This document shows, in pieces, positions 51,544 to 61,665 of a stretch of 64,000 nt of DNA (positions are counted from its first letter, which is position 1; each line of letters begins with the position of its first letter). Made by a program: the position numbers and the translations under genes. A model generated the notes under the pieces. The model worked only from the letters and a program-made list of their open reading frames with translations, was not told the origin of the DNA and searched no databases. The DNA is from Promethearchaeota archaeon (GTDB lineage: Archaea; Asgardarchaeota; Lokiarchaeia; Sigyniarchaeales; SOKP01). The stretch is from NCBI GenBank assembly GCA_019058365.1, contig JAHPZE010000014.1:46040-110039 (forward strand), given 5' to 3'.

Positions 51544-52668
51544 ATGAAGAAAGACAAAAAAGTTGAACCATTCAAAACACCCGTACTATTAACTCTTAAA
51601 GCATACAAGAGAATTGTTGGTTATGCTATAAGATATGCTAATAATGATTTAAAATCTGAAAAATGGCGTGAAGTTTATGGAATTTTAATAGGATCTATTG
51701 AACATAACGCTAAGGTAATTGTAAAAGATGCAATTCCTATGGTAGTTGGAGATCGAGCTGGGGTAAAATATGAAAACAAACAATATGTAGATATGGCTCA
51801 AATTGATTCTTCTGTATTCGAAAGATCTATTCAAGATGATAAAACTGATTTTATTATAGGATGGTGGCACACACATCCAGGATTTGGTTTTTTCTATAGC
51901 CCAATCGACTGTATGACACAATTGGGGTATCAAATCCCTAATCCATTTGCTGTTGGGTTAATATTTGATCATTGTGAAAAACAATCTAATGCACACTTTT
52001 TGGGTATGGCGGGATTAAGACTTAAAGATCCAGAATTAGGGATTTCCTCCACTTATAACTTAATTGAGCTAAATTATGAGTTTGAAGAAAAAATTATGGT
52101 ACAAAAAGCGGAAAATGTCATAAAAAAAGTTAATAAACATATAGAGAAAGTCTTAAAGGAAGTTAAATACATTGATGAAGTGCTTCGTAAAAAGGCTTTA
52201 GCGCAATTACAGAGGAATTATGGCTTAATTTTAGTACCTAAGGATAATATAATCATAACTGATGATAAAGAAACTGCAGAAGAGGACGAGCGTTTTTTAT
52301 ATGAATGGGATCCTGAATTTTTTAAAAAGTCATATAGAGTTCCTAAATTTAGAGAAAAGATAGAAAAAGTTGTAGCTACTGCTTATGATGAGCTGGATGA
52401 GCTAATTGGAAATAATGAGAAAGAAAAATATGAAAATAGAAAAGCGAAATTGATTAAAAAAATAAAAAATATTTTAAAAAAACCAAATGAATGGTATGAT
52501 AAATTGATGGATGATTTTTCTAAAAGAATTGAAGTTATTTTTCCATTTTATTCATATCTAGATACTAATGAAAGAAAAATTATTGAATATTTTGAAGAGA
52601 GAAGTTCTGAATATTCCAAGATTTTAGACGAGTTAAATCGAAGATCAAATTTAATCTTAATTAATTAA
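51544..52668 (+). CDS. MPN+/JAMM metalloprotease (Rpn11/CSN5-like) with C-terminal helical extension
   Basis: EVYGILIG, GWWHTHPGFGFFYSPID (HxH-x7-S-x2-D). Confidence 0.88.
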   Translation: MKKDKKVEPFKTPVLLTLKAYKRIVGYAIRYANNDLKSEKWREVYGILIGSIEHNAKVIVKDAIPMVVGDRAGVKYENKQYVDMAQIDSSVFERSIQDDKTDFIIGWWHTHPGFGFFYSPIDCMTQLGYQIPNPFAVGLIFDHCEKQSNAHFLGMAGLRLKDPELGISSTYNLIELNYEFEEKIMVQKAENVIKKVNKHIEKVLKEVKYIDEVLRKKALAQLQRNYGLILVPKDNIIITDDKETAEEDERFLYEWDPEFFKKSYRVPKFREKIEKVVATAYDELDELIGNNEKEKYENRKAKLIKKIKNILKKPNEWYDKLMDDFSKRIEVIFPFYSYLDTNERKIIEYFEERSSEYSKILDELNRRSNLILIN

Positions 52669-52831
52669 TAAAAATATTTTGATTTGTATTTATCAAACTT
52701 TAAAAATTTAGAAAAATATAATCACATTAGAAACTTTAGTAAAATTTTATATACACAATAAATTATTAAGAATTAAGTTAAGCTTCTTTTTAATGAAAGT
52801 ATAAAATTTTGATACGAATGAGGATTCATTC

Positions 52832-53158
52832 ATGGTTAATGAAACTACAATCATAATAAGAAACAGACACGATAAAGATAAGTCAATTAAAGACGCAATT
52901 TTTGCATTTTCTGGGGGTAGAAAATCACTATTAATTAAGGGTGAAGGAGAAGAAATCAGTACTGCGGTAGAAGTAGCTGAAATTCTAAAAAGCCGTATGT
53001 ATCCTAGAATTGAAATTGCAAACGTTTCTTTAGGGAGTCGCCCATTTTTTGATAATAGACAACGGGATTATTACAAGAAAAATACTAAAGTTAATAAAAA
53101 GAAGACTGATATAATTTCTAACATTCAAATCACTCTTCAAACCAAATCAAATACTTAA
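52832..53158 (+). CDS. Alba-family nucleic-acid-binding protein (divergent)
   Basis: LLIKGEGEEISTAVEVAEIL...VSLGS...ISNIQITL. Confidence 0.75.
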   Translation: MVNETTIIIRNRHDKDKSIKDAIFAFSGGRKSLLIKGEGEEISTAVEVAEILKSRMYPRIEIANVSLGSRPFFDNRQRDYYKKNTKVNKKKTDIISNIQITLQTKSNT

Positions 53159-53162
53159 GTCT

Positions 53163-53348
53163 ATGAACTCTAGAGTTAAAGCTAATTTTGAACATTTGGG
53201 GCCATTAATTGAAGAAACCAGGACTCCGGCTATATGTGAGATCTGTAAAAATTTCATTTATAAAAGAATTTACTACGATGAAAACTCGGAGAAAAAAAGG
53301 AAAATTGTTTTTGTTTGTAAGAACTGCTTAAATAATAATATTGTATAA
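53163..53348 (+). CDS. Small zinc-finger protein
   Basis: CEIC...CKNC, 61 aa, directly after the Alba gene. Confidence 0.6.
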   Translation: MNSRVKANFEHLGPLIEETRTPAICEICKNFIYKRIYYDENSEKKRKIVFVCKNCLNNNIV

Positions 53349-53350
53349 TT

Positions 53351-54184
53351 TTATTCAATTATATGCGTATGGCTTTTTTTAAGCTTCTTCTGACTTCGTT
53401 TTTCGAGATATTTGGTCCAATTAAAAGACATAATAAAAAACATCACTGTTATAGTGATTAATAATAAAATTGCTTCCGTTATTACGCTTGAATTATCATT
53501 AGATTGGATTCCTTGGGTTACCAATCCAAGTGCTACAAAAATAGGCCAGCAACAATAAAACAAGGTTGTTACATTTTTACCTAACCAACCAGGAATAATA
53601 CATTTCCAAAAAGGATATTTTATCATTCCTAAAGGTAAAAACAAAATATCATCTGGGAGTGGAGTTAGAGCAAATAAAAAAATATAGAAGGGAGTACGTT
53701 TTTCATTTTCCAAGATTAATTTACCAAATCCATTTACATTATTTAGTAGATCTGAATCTTTTTCTTTTACTAACTTTTTAGCCCCATAGCCAACACTATA
53801 ACCAGTAAATTCTCCTAATGCACTACCTAAACCTCCAAGTACTGCAAGACCAATAATTTGAAACCAAAAAGGTCCTGATAGCAAGATTTGTGTTACTTCT
53901 AGACCCAAAGTAGAAAAATTATGATAGATTGAATCTGAAAGAGAAAATAAAACAAACGGAAAAGGAACTGGAAACCCTATTGATGCTGAGCCTAAAAAAC
54001 ATATTCCAAGAGAAATTAAAAGTGCCCAAAAATAATTTGTTCCTTGTGTAATTATTGCTAAATTTTGTCTTGAATTGACAATAAAGTTCTGAAAATCAGG
54101 TATATATAAAAACAGAAATATATATACAATTACAGATAAATAGAAAATTATAAAAACTATAGTTAGCTTTTTCAAAATTGCCAC
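53351..54184 (-). CDS. DedA/VTT-domain membrane protein
   Basis: GGLGSALGEFTGYSVG, FALTPLPDD, GWLGK. Confidence 0.8.
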   Translation of the reverse strand: MAILKKLTIVFIIFYLSVIVYIFLFLYIPDFQNFIVNSRQNLAIITQGTNYFWALLISLGICFLGSASIGFPVPFPFVLFSLSDSIYHNFSTLGLEVTQILLSGPFWFQIIGLAVLGGLGSALGEFTGYSVGYGAKKLVKEKDSDLLNNVNGFGKLILENEKRTPFYIFLFALTPLPDDILFLPLGMIKYPFWKCIIPGWLGKNVTTLFYCCWPIFVALGLVTQGIQSNDNSSVITEAILLLITITVMFFIMSFNWTKYLEKRSQKKLKKSHTHIIE

Positions 54185-54191
54185 AATCTTA

Positions 54192-54566
54192 TTATATCTT
54201 TAAAATTTTGGTGTTCAATCCATTTCTTGCTTGTAAAAGTAGGTTAAGATTAGTGTTTATTTTTCCAATTTTATTTACTTTATTTGGCATTTCAATTTCT
54301 TCAATAGCTATTATCAACTCATCGGTTTTAGGGTTGTAAATAATATCACCTTTTTCTGCACTAATTATCGATTTAGGATTAGTACCTTTGTAAATTTCAA
54401 CCCCAGGTAGTGTCCAATAACTTTTTGAACCAAAACTATATCTACCTCTAAGTACAAAAGGTAATTTATCAATTATAGCATCTGCGGTAAGAGGAGAAAG
54501 ATGACGGATAATATCACCTTCTAAAGTGCCAATTCCGAACAAAATAACCTTTATGGATACACTCAT
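54192..54566 (-). CDS. Cyclophilin-like fold protein
   Basis: SPLTADAIIDKLP, KGDIIYNP, VNKIGKI. Confidence 0.65.
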   Translation of the reverse strand: MSVSIKVILFGIGTLEGDIIRHLSPLTADAIIDKLPFVLRGRYSFGSKSYWTLPGVEIYKGTNPKSIISAEKGDIIYNPKTDELIIAIEEIEMPNKVNKIGKINTNLNLLLQARNGLNTKILKI

Positions 54567-54678
54567 ATTTTATAAATAATATAATTTCTGATATTTATAT
54601 TATTTTAATTTAAAATTAAAAATAATTAAATTTTTGTCGTAAATATCGATAAATTTATTATTTTCTTTAATAACAATA

Positions 54679-54686
54679 TTTAAATA
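54679..54686 (+). promoter_or_regulatory. Candidate TATA box (TTTAAATA) for the putative ncRNA
   Basis: Located -31..-24 relative to G54710, the first base of the terminal helix. Confidence 0.5.
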
Positions 54687-54709
54687 GTCAAATTATCATA
54701 TATTCAATT

Positions 54710-55200
54710 GGACAATAGGTAAATTTTGCATTGGATTTGGAAACAAACCTACGGTTTTTACACCGAATTAAACGTTCCCTTAAAATGAATTAGTATTTTA
54801 TATCAGACAAATTTTTTTTTATATGAACTCTAAGAATCTAAAATCAGAGTAATATCATTCAAGAATTTTAATCATTTATTCCTTTTTTAACGTTGGGAAA
54901 AGATATAAAGCGCTTCTAGATTAGCAAGTTGAAACAGGAATTTATTTTTCACACAGATCTATACTCAAATTTATTCGATATTGATACACGAGACTATTTA
55001 GCATTAATGCTTATATTCGTGTCGAATTAAGAATTTTAATTATTTGGTACCAGAGACATTGAAACTTGAGTACTCTTATATCGAAATTAGTATAAATTTG
55101 TAAATAGGAGCTTTGATTACGTAATTGCTTCAATGGATAATAATTTTGTCAAACTCCCTTGAATCAATTATACTTTGATTAATCGGAGCACCTATTGTCC
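54710..55200 (+). ncRNA. Candidate ~490-nt structured non-coding RNA of unknown class
   Basis: Terminal helix GGACAATAGGT/ACCTATTGTCC, several nested internal helices, upstream TATA box, downstream T7 tract, no ORF in the track. Confidence 0.55.
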
Positions 55201-56036
55201 TCTTTTTTTGAGCTTTTCAGATCATTTATATTATCAATATCATAGAATTGATGTTGACTTTTTATTTTAAAAGCATAAATTTTTTTTCCATTATTAATCA
55301 TATAATTCATTGATTCCCATACTGTTTTATATGGTATTTTTCCTTTCAAATTTAACATCTCATTAATGAAATCATAATTAAATAAAGTAACAGGAATAAT
55401 TTGATTTATAACATTCTTTAAAAGTAAATTTTTAATTTTTCCTTGAGTTATTTTTTTTAAAATAGTTTTTGAACCGATATTCTCAATTTCAGCATTTGAA
55501 ATTATTCTATTTATACTATATAGTTCTTTTATTGGTTTTAATCCTATAATTCTATAAAAGACAAAAGGATGCATTTGAATCAAATCAAAATTGTTAGATA
55601 TAATAGATAAAACTTCTTTTAGTAAGTTATAATTAAAAATTGTATCACCAGGAATTACTAAGAAGTAATTTGTCGATGTGAAGAAATCTTTATTTTTGAT
55701 TATCGATAAAAGTGAATATAGTGGTCCAAATTTATACTGATTTTCAGTATCTATGATTATTACTTTATCTTGTATGGTTTGATTTTTTTTTTCCAATGAT
55801 AAAATGAACTCGCGGATGGAATCTCCTAAATAACCAATAACGACTCCAATTTGTTTTATTTTTAAATTAATTAGATTATTAATACTATGATGGAGAATTG
55901 AAATATTTTCTAATCTTTCTATTTTTATTAATGATTTAGGGGTATTTTTTGTAATTGTTTTAAGTCGCTTTCCCTCTCCAGCGCATAAAATGACTCCAGA
56001 TATTTTTTCTTTAAAATTATTCTCTTGTAGTAACAA
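55179..56036 (-). CDS. Nucleotidyltransferase (NTP_transferase family); start uncertain
   Basis: VILCAGEGKRLKTITKNTPKSLI, GDTIF, FYDID; TTG 56036 minimises overlap with map. Confidence 0.75.
   Translation of the reverse strand: MLLQENNFKEKISGVILCAGEGKRLKTITKNTPKSLIKIERLENISILHHSINNLINLKIKQIGVVIGYLGDSIREFILSLEKKNQTIQDKVIIIDTENQYKFGPLYSLLSIIKNKDFFTSTNYFLVIPGDTIFNYNLLKEVLSIISNNFDLIQMHPFVFYRIIGLKPIKELYSINRIISNAEIENIGSKTILKKITQGKIKNLLLKNVINQIIPVTLFNYDFINEMLNLKGKIPYKTVWESMNYMINNGKKIYAFKIKSQHQFYDIDNINDLKSSKKEDNRCSD
55201..55209 (+). terminator. Oligo-T archaeal terminator candidate
   Basis: TCTTTTTTT immediately after the terminal helix. Confidence 0.45.
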
Positions 56037-56934
56037 TTCGTTTCCCTTTTTCATCCAGAATAATTGTATGTTCTTCTTGTGCAACTGGTTTTTTAAGAAC
56101 TTCAATTAAAATAGGATAGTTACCTATGATTTTTTTTCCTAGGAAAAATTCAAGAATTCGTTGAATTTTACTTTTTGGGATAAGATTATTCTTTTCGATC
56201 CATCTTGGGCTAAAAGGAAGTCGTCCAAAATTATTTTCGATTTTATTCATATATCCTAAATGTTCATAAGAAATATTTTTTTTTACTCTCTTTAAAAACC
56301 GAAATATATAAGCATGATCCCCATTATCAACTCTCCCTGCTCCAGAAGTTGCGAAAGGTTCACAAGCATATGCATCTCCCTGTTTAAGTATTTGATTATG
56401 TACCATATCTTTATAGTTTGGAATGAAAGGACCTGCATGTAAATCATATTGCTTTAATTCATGACCTCCTAAATTTGTTATAGGTTTTAGACCTCGATTT
56501 TTAATCTTTTGCTCGATAACTTCACCAATTTCATACAGTTTAATTCCAGGATTGAACAATTCAATTGCAGCTTCAAGAGCTTCTTTTGCAGCTTCAACAT
56601 AATTCTGAAGCTTTGGATCTTCATCAATATTTATTGTAAATGCAGAATCTGCTATAAAACCATTATAATGTGCTCCAACATCAATTTTTAATAACCCTTT
56701 TTCTGGAACGATTGTTTGATCATCTATTGGAGGACTATAATGAGCAGCAATTTCATTTAAAGACATATTGATTGGAAATGACAGTTCACATTCATTTTTA
56801 ATTATCTCAGCTTCACATCTATTAGCAATTTTTAAAAAAGATTCTCCTGGTTTAACTAATTTCTTCGCTAGTTTTTTCGCTGCTATAGCTGCATTTCCTG
56901 CTTTAATATAATCTTGAATATAATTACTACTCAT
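56017..56934 (-). CDS. map: Type II methionine aminopeptidase
   Basis: AAHYSP, KIDVGAHYNGFIADSA, NLGGH, CEPFAT, AQEEHT. Confidence 0.95.
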   Translation of the reverse strand: MSSNYIQDYIKAGNAAIAAKKLAKKLVKPGESFLKIANRCEAEIIKNECELSFPINMSLNEIAAHYSPPIDDQTIVPEKGLLKIDVGAHYNGFIADSAFTINIDEDPKLQNYVEAAKEALEAAIELFNPGIKLYEIGEVIEQKIKNRGLKPITNLGGHELKQYDLHAGPFIPNYKDMVHNQILKQGDAYACEPFATSGAGRVDNGDHAYIFRFLKRVKKNISYEHLGYMNKIENNFGRLPFSPRWIEKNNLIPKSKIQRILEFFLGKKIIGNYPILIEVLKKPVAQEEHTIILDEKGKRIVTTRE

Positions 56935-56965
56935 ATTTTTACATACTCTTAATGTTAATTTTTAA

Positions 56966-58306
56966 TTAAGGTGTTAATCTATCAGCCGTTCGAGGATACA
57001 TTACAGCTTCTCTAATATCATCAAGGCCACATATCATTGTAAGCCATCTATCTATACCTAAACCAAACCCTGCATGTGGAGGCATACCGTAATCAAATGA
57101 ATTTAGATGAGATCTGAAAGAAGATGAATTAAGCCCTTTATTTTTAAGGGCATATATTAATTGTTTCTTATTGTGAACTCTAGTTCCTCCAGACGTTAAT
57201 TCCAACATTCCCTTCTGCAAATCGAATGATTCACTATATTTAGAATCTTTCGAAGGCATAATATAAAAAGGTTTAATGGACATCGGCCAATGAGTTATGT
57301 AATAATAACTTGTTAATTCTTTACCCAATTTTCGATAAGCTTCAGTAGATATATCCTCACCAAACTCAATATTAATCCCAAATTTAGAGGATATTAATTC
57401 AATGATTTCTTCGTATGTATATCTAGGAAAGGGAATTACTGGTGTCACTGATATATTTTCCATTTTTAAATATTCTAAAGCAGTCATCTGATTTTCTCTT
57501 ATATCTTCTAGAACATTATAAACAAGTTCCTCTAAAAGTTTAAGAACATCCGCCATTGTAGAAAACGCTATCTCGACATCTAACGTAAGGATTTCACATA
57601 AATGTCTCTTTGTACGATGCTTTTCTGCTCTAAAGCAATCACTTATTTCAAAAACTCTTTCATAAACTCCACTTAATTGTTCTTTATATAATTGAGCTGA
57701 TTGAGTGAGAAATGCTTCTTTTTCAAAATATATAATTGGAAATAACTCAGTACCTCCCTCTGTTGCAGAAGCTATAATTTTTGGAGTCGTCATTTCAGTG
57801 AAATTATGTTCAAATAAAAATTTTCGAATTGACCTAAACATTTCTCCTCTAATCCTAAAAACAGCTTGATTTTTTAGTGATCTTAAATCTAAAGCCCTAT
57901 TATTTAATCTAAGATCTAACTCTGAGATGGTTTCTCCCGTCATATCTATAGGAAGTTTATCAGGAGTTGTATTTAATATTTTTAATTCAGTTGGGATTAT
58001 TTCAATTCCTCCAGGTGCCTCGGTAAACTCTTTCACAGTTCCTTTTACCATTATACAGTATTGATATCCAACCTTCGCCTTTTCAAACAATTCATCAGAA
58101 ACGACTCCCTTTTTCAAGGTTATTTGACGCTCTCCATATTTATCTTGTAGAGATATGAATTTTAAGCCTCCAAGATTTCTATAATTACGAACCCATCCAC
58201 CTAAAATAACTTCTTTACTCACTAGTTCTATTGTTACATCTTTAGTGAAATGTGTTTTTCTCCAATCTCCTAAATTATCAAGCAACAAGTACTCTGCAAC
58301 TCTCAA
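56966..58306 (-). CDS. aspS: Aspartate--tRNA ligase (archaeal; likely non-discriminating)
   Basis: [38 protein letters not shown]; start may be TTG 58288/58285. Confidence 0.93.
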   Translation of the reverse strand: MRVAEYLLLDNLGDWRKTHFTKDVTIELVSKEVILGGWVRNYRNLGGLKFISLQDKYGERQITLKKGVVSDELFEKAKVGYQYCIMVKGTVKEFTEAPGGIEIIPTELKILNTTPDKLPIDMTGETISELDLRLNNRALDLRSLKNQAVFRIRGEMFRSIRKFLFEHNFTEMTTPKIIASATEGGTELFPIIYFEKEAFLTQSAQLYKEQLSGVYERVFEISDCFRAEKHRTKRHLCEILTLDVEIAFSTMADVLKLLEELVYNVLEDIRENQMTALEYLKMENISVTPVIPFPRYTYEEIIELISSKFGINIEFGEDISTEAYRKLGKELTSYYYITHWPMSIKPFYIMPSKDSKYSESFDLQKGMLELTSGGTRVHNKKQLIYALKNKGLNSSSFRSHLNSFDYGMPPHAGFGLGIDRWLTMICGLDDIREAVMYPRTADRLTP

Positions 58307-58373
58307 TTTTTTCTCGAATATATTCTTTAAAATTAAATTAAAAATAAAATTTTTGCTTTCTTATCTTATATTT

Positions 58374-59864
58374 ATGGTTGAATTGAAATGGAAAGGTAAA
58401 GTGGAAAGAGAGGATAGTATCTCAAAAATATATGAAACTAAACCTCTTCATATTCTTGATATATATCCATCTATTAGTAGTGATTTTAAATCGGAACAAA
58501 AATGGCAAAATCTACTAATTTGGGGGGATAATAAATCAGTAATGAATTCATTGTTAGATGAATTTAAAAATAAAATATCTCTTATATATATCGATCCCCC
58601 ATTTGCTACGGGAAGTAACTTCAATTTAAAGATTCAAATAGGGGAAGATGGCAAATATATCGACGATATTGCTTATAAAGATAAGTGGAAAGAAGGATTA
58701 GAAACATATTTGGACTTTCTGCATGAGAGACTCATTTTAATGAGAGAACTGCTAAAAAATAGTGGGTCGATATTTGTACATTTAGATTGGCATATTTCCC
58801 ATTATATAAAACTAATAATGGATGAGATATTTGGGATAGAAAATTTTAGGAATGAAATAATTTGGGCATATCCGGCAGCATCGGTTAAAACCAGAAGTTT
58901 TTTCATCAGATCCTATGATACTATTCTTTTTTATTCAAAAACGGATAATTATGTATTTAATGATGATCCTAATATTTATATGGAGTACTCAAATCGAGTA
59001 AAAAATGCCTTAAAGAAAGATGAACAAGGAATATTCTATTATAGAGGTGGAAGCCATAATCGAAAAAAATTGTCTAGAAAAGTTTATGTTGAGAAAGAAG
59101 GAATTTTCCCAAGAGATGTTTGGAATGATATTCCCTATATAAGAGCGAATACTTCAGAATATCAAGGTTTTTCTACACAAAAACCAGAACGACTTCTTAA
59201 AAGAATAATATTATCCTCAACAAAGGAAAATGATATTATTGCAGATTTTTTTTGTGGTTCAGGTACTACACTCGCCGTGGCAGAAAAGTTAGGAAGATAT
59301 TGGATTGGATGTGACTCAAACAAACATGCGATTCATATGACGAGAAAAAGAATTCTAAACCTTAGTCAGAGTAATGATATGATAAATTGGAATAAAAATT
59401 ATGATAAGAATGCTCAACGATTTAAAATAGAATGCATAGATAAAAAAGAAGAAGAATATACACTTTCAGATGCATTTTTAAAGAGAGAAATTGTGGACGA
59501 TAAAGGTTTAAAAGTTAAAGAAACACCTGAATTTAAGACTAAAATCCATCAAAATGATAATAGAATCGTAATAGAATTAATAGATTACAAAATACCATTT
59601 ATAGATTTAATATCAGAGAAAGTATTAGAAAATATAAAGTCTTTTTCAGATTGGATTGACTATTGGGCTATTGATTTTGATTCGAAAAATAATATTTTTA
59701 AAAATATGTTTTTTTCTTATAGAAACCCGAAATTTAGAACATTATCTTTAAGATCAGATGGTCATTATTACGATAAACCGGGCCATTATAATGTATTAGT
59801 AAAAGTAATTGATATTTTTGGAATTGAAACTATGAAAAAACACGAAATTAAGTTGATGCAATAA
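58374..59864 (+). CDS. Site-specific DNA methyltransferase (beta-class N6A/N4C, Type III Mod-like), orphan
   Basis: IYIDPPF, TQKPERLL, DFFCGSGTT, DWIDYWAIDF; ATG 58374 avoids overlap with aspS. Confidence 0.88.
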   Translation: MVELKWKGKVEREDSISKIYETKPLHILDIYPSISSDFKSEQKWQNLLIWGDNKSVMNSLLDEFKNKISLIYIDPPFATGSNFNLKIQIGEDGKYIDDIAYKDKWKEGLETYLDFLHERLILMRELLKNSGSIFVHLDWHISHYIKLIMDEIFGIENFRNEIIWAYPAASVKTRSFFIRSYDTILFYSKTDNYVFNDDPNIYMEYSNRVKNALKKDEQGIFYYRGGSHNRKKLSRKVYVEKEGIFPRDVWNDIPYIRANTSEYQGFSTQKPERLLKRIILSSTKENDIIADFFCGSGTTLAVAEKLGRYWIGCDSNKHAIHMTRKRILNLSQSNDMINWNKNYDKNAQRFKIECIDKKEEEYTLSDAFLKREIVDDKGLKVKETPEFKTKIHQNDNRIVIELIDYKIPFIDLISEKVLENIKSFSDWIDYWAIDFDSKNNIFKNMFFSYRNPKFRTLSLRSDGHYYDKPGHYNVLVKVIDIFGIETMKKHEIKLMQ

Positions 59865-61239
59865 GTTCTCTAATCAACATTGTAGCGTAGCTTCCTTTCT
59901 GTAAAGAAAATTCAAATTTGATTTTTTTCTTTCCAGGATTAAAATCATCCTCCGTAAACTCTAACATTTTTAAAGCAGTTGGCTTAACCGTTATCGTTCT
60001 AAGAGCACCTGTCATTTCTAGATCTGTGTTCAATTTGCTACTTAAAATATATTTATCAAACCCTTCCCGCTTAGTAATTTCTTCGAATAATGATTTCATT
60101 AATGGAAATAACTCTAAATCAGTATTGCTCCCAATAATAGGCATTATTAATGCTGCTCGATTTAAATCTATAGCTTTTTTCAAATATTTATCATAAGATT
60201 CCCCATAAATATATTTCACATAAGTGACATTTCCATTGAAGTCATCTAATATGCTAATTACATCACCTTTTATTGGTTTAAATAAAGGCAAGCCTTTCTC
60301 AACTCTTAAAGAAAGCATCTTATTGAAAATATATGATTGAAAGGAACTAATTAATAATTTTTTTAAATCAGAGGGTAATGTATTAATACTACCTTCATAA
60401 TCATCTGGATTTTGAATCAGATAATAGAGCATACTTCTTTCATATTTTAAGTTTTTTGGGAAGTTTGCATAAGCTTTTTCAAAATCTCTATCACTTCTGA
60501 ATTCTCTCCTCACTAATTTTGATTCATCTGATTCAGTAGTATAAGTTGTCGACACAAATTCCTCAAATGCATTCTTAAAATTGCCTTCCAGAATATATTG
60601 TCCAACTTTATGAGAATTTGGTCTATAACTTCCAAATCTTTGAAGCCCAAAATAGTTAGGGAATCCAAACTTACTTAAAAAATTAATTTGTTTTTCTAAT
60701 CTATTTCTTAGAAATTTACTATTTTCTATATTTCTTATTAAAACTGTAAAATTATTACCCAAATGACTCCCTAATTTAACAGGTTTCTTTGTTGGATGTA
60801 TATTTCTAATGAAAATATCCTTTAGATTTAATTTTTTTAATTTATCAACATAATCTCCCTTAATTGAAATTTTTTGAACTGAAATAGAAAATTTATCTTT
60901 TAATCCTGAATAATTAATAATTCCGTAAGGGATTTTCAAAGAGTTACTTATCTTTCTTAAAGCTTCAAACGTATCTTTATTAATTTTTATTAAATTGAAG
61001 GTTGTATATCTATCCTTTAATTCTGCAGAAAAAGTTTGAGATTTATAATCCTCCTTAATACTAAGTGTTTTCCCATTATTCTCTATTTCTCTTACTATAA
61101 AATCCTTAAAATTTTTTTTATATTCTCCCCCAATTCCTCCAATTTTTGATGTAGCATAAATTTCAATACCTACAAATTTTTCTACTTCTCTCTCATCATT
61201 ACTTTCAAATAAATAAGTATCATTTTCTTGGTCGAACAA
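59848..61239 (-). CDS. truD: tRNA pseudouridine(13) synthase
   Basis: DFIVRE, GLKDK, GNNF, PNYFGLQRFG, GSYATMLIRE. Confidence 0.93.
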   Translation of the reverse strand: MFDQENDTYLFESNDEREVEKFVGIEIYATSKIGGIGGEYKKNFKDFIVREIENNGKTLSIKEDYKSQTFSAELKDRYTTFNLIKINKDTFEALRKISNSLKIPYGIINYSGLKDKFSISVQKISIKGDYVDKLKKLNLKDIFIRNIHPTKKPVKLGSHLGNNFTVLIRNIENSKFLRNRLEKQINFLSKFGFPNYFGLQRFGSYRPNSHKVGQYILEGNFKNAFEEFVSTTYTTESDESKLVRREFRSDRDFEKAYANFPKNLKYERSMLYYLIQNPDDYEGSINTLPSDLKKLLISSFQSYIFNKMLSLRVEKGLPLFKPIKGDVISILDDFNGNVTYVKYIYGESYDKYLKKAIDLNRAALIMPIIGSNTDLELFPLMKSLFEEITKREGFDKYILSSKLNTDLEMTGALRTITVKPTALKMLEFTEDDFNPGKKKIKFEFSLQKGSYATMLIRELIAST

Positions 61240-61261
61240 TTTTTTAGCCTAGATGCTTATA

Positions 61262-61618
61262 TTATAATAGTTTTAAATCTCCAGTTATTTTATCAATCTC
61301 CGTAGATAACACGGGGCCAATTCCGATAGCAGTTGTTGTGCCCGGTGTTAGTTGAGTTAATCCTGCATCATTAACAACAAAATATGGAAGTTTTTTCGAT
61401 TCAAATTTAACTATTAAATCTTTTAATTGGTCCATGCTCTGGATTTTAAGGACAACTTTTTTCTGTCCGGTATTCTTCCAATACTTCCAAGCGGATTTAT
61501 CTTGGATCCGGACTAGATCTGATGCTGAAACACTAGCATGACAAGACTGAGCACATTTTTTGCCAACACCCATTTTAAGATCGGTTCTTATTAAAATTAC
61601 TTGTTTATATTCTTCCAC
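61262..61618 (-). CDS. pth2: Peptidyl-tRNA hydrolase Pth2
   Basis: [36 protein letters not shown]. Confidence 0.95.
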   Translation of the reverse strand: MEEYKQVILIRTDLKMGVGKKCAQSCHASVSASDLVRIQDKSAWKYWKNTGQKKVVLKIQSMDQLKDLIVKFESKKLPYFVVNDAGLTQLTPGTTTAIGIGPVLSTEIDKITGDLKLL

Positions 61619-61665
61619 GGTAAATCTATTAAATATTAGAAAAATAGTTAATTAAATCTTATTGA

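Noticed and set aside
54567-55178. Replication origin (ORB-like TGGAAAC/TGAAAC words)
   Set aside because: No G-string ORB consensus and no orc1/cdc6 nearby; an RNA-structure reading fits better, though an origin is not excluded
54710-55200. MITE with 11-bp terminal inverted repeats
   Set aside because: No target-site duplication and no second copy in the window; kept only as an alternative
58245-58373. N-terminal extension of the methyltransferase given by the ORF track
   Set aside because: Overlaps the aspS start on the opposite strand and is low-complexity; ATG 58374 (MVELKWKGK) fits Mod-like N-termini
961-60196. Short antisense or overlapping ORFs in the track (e.g. 961, 5566, 6830, 10671, 11387, 15167, 24510, 50534, 51147, 59918)
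   Set aside because: They overlap well-supported genes and show no recognisable motifs
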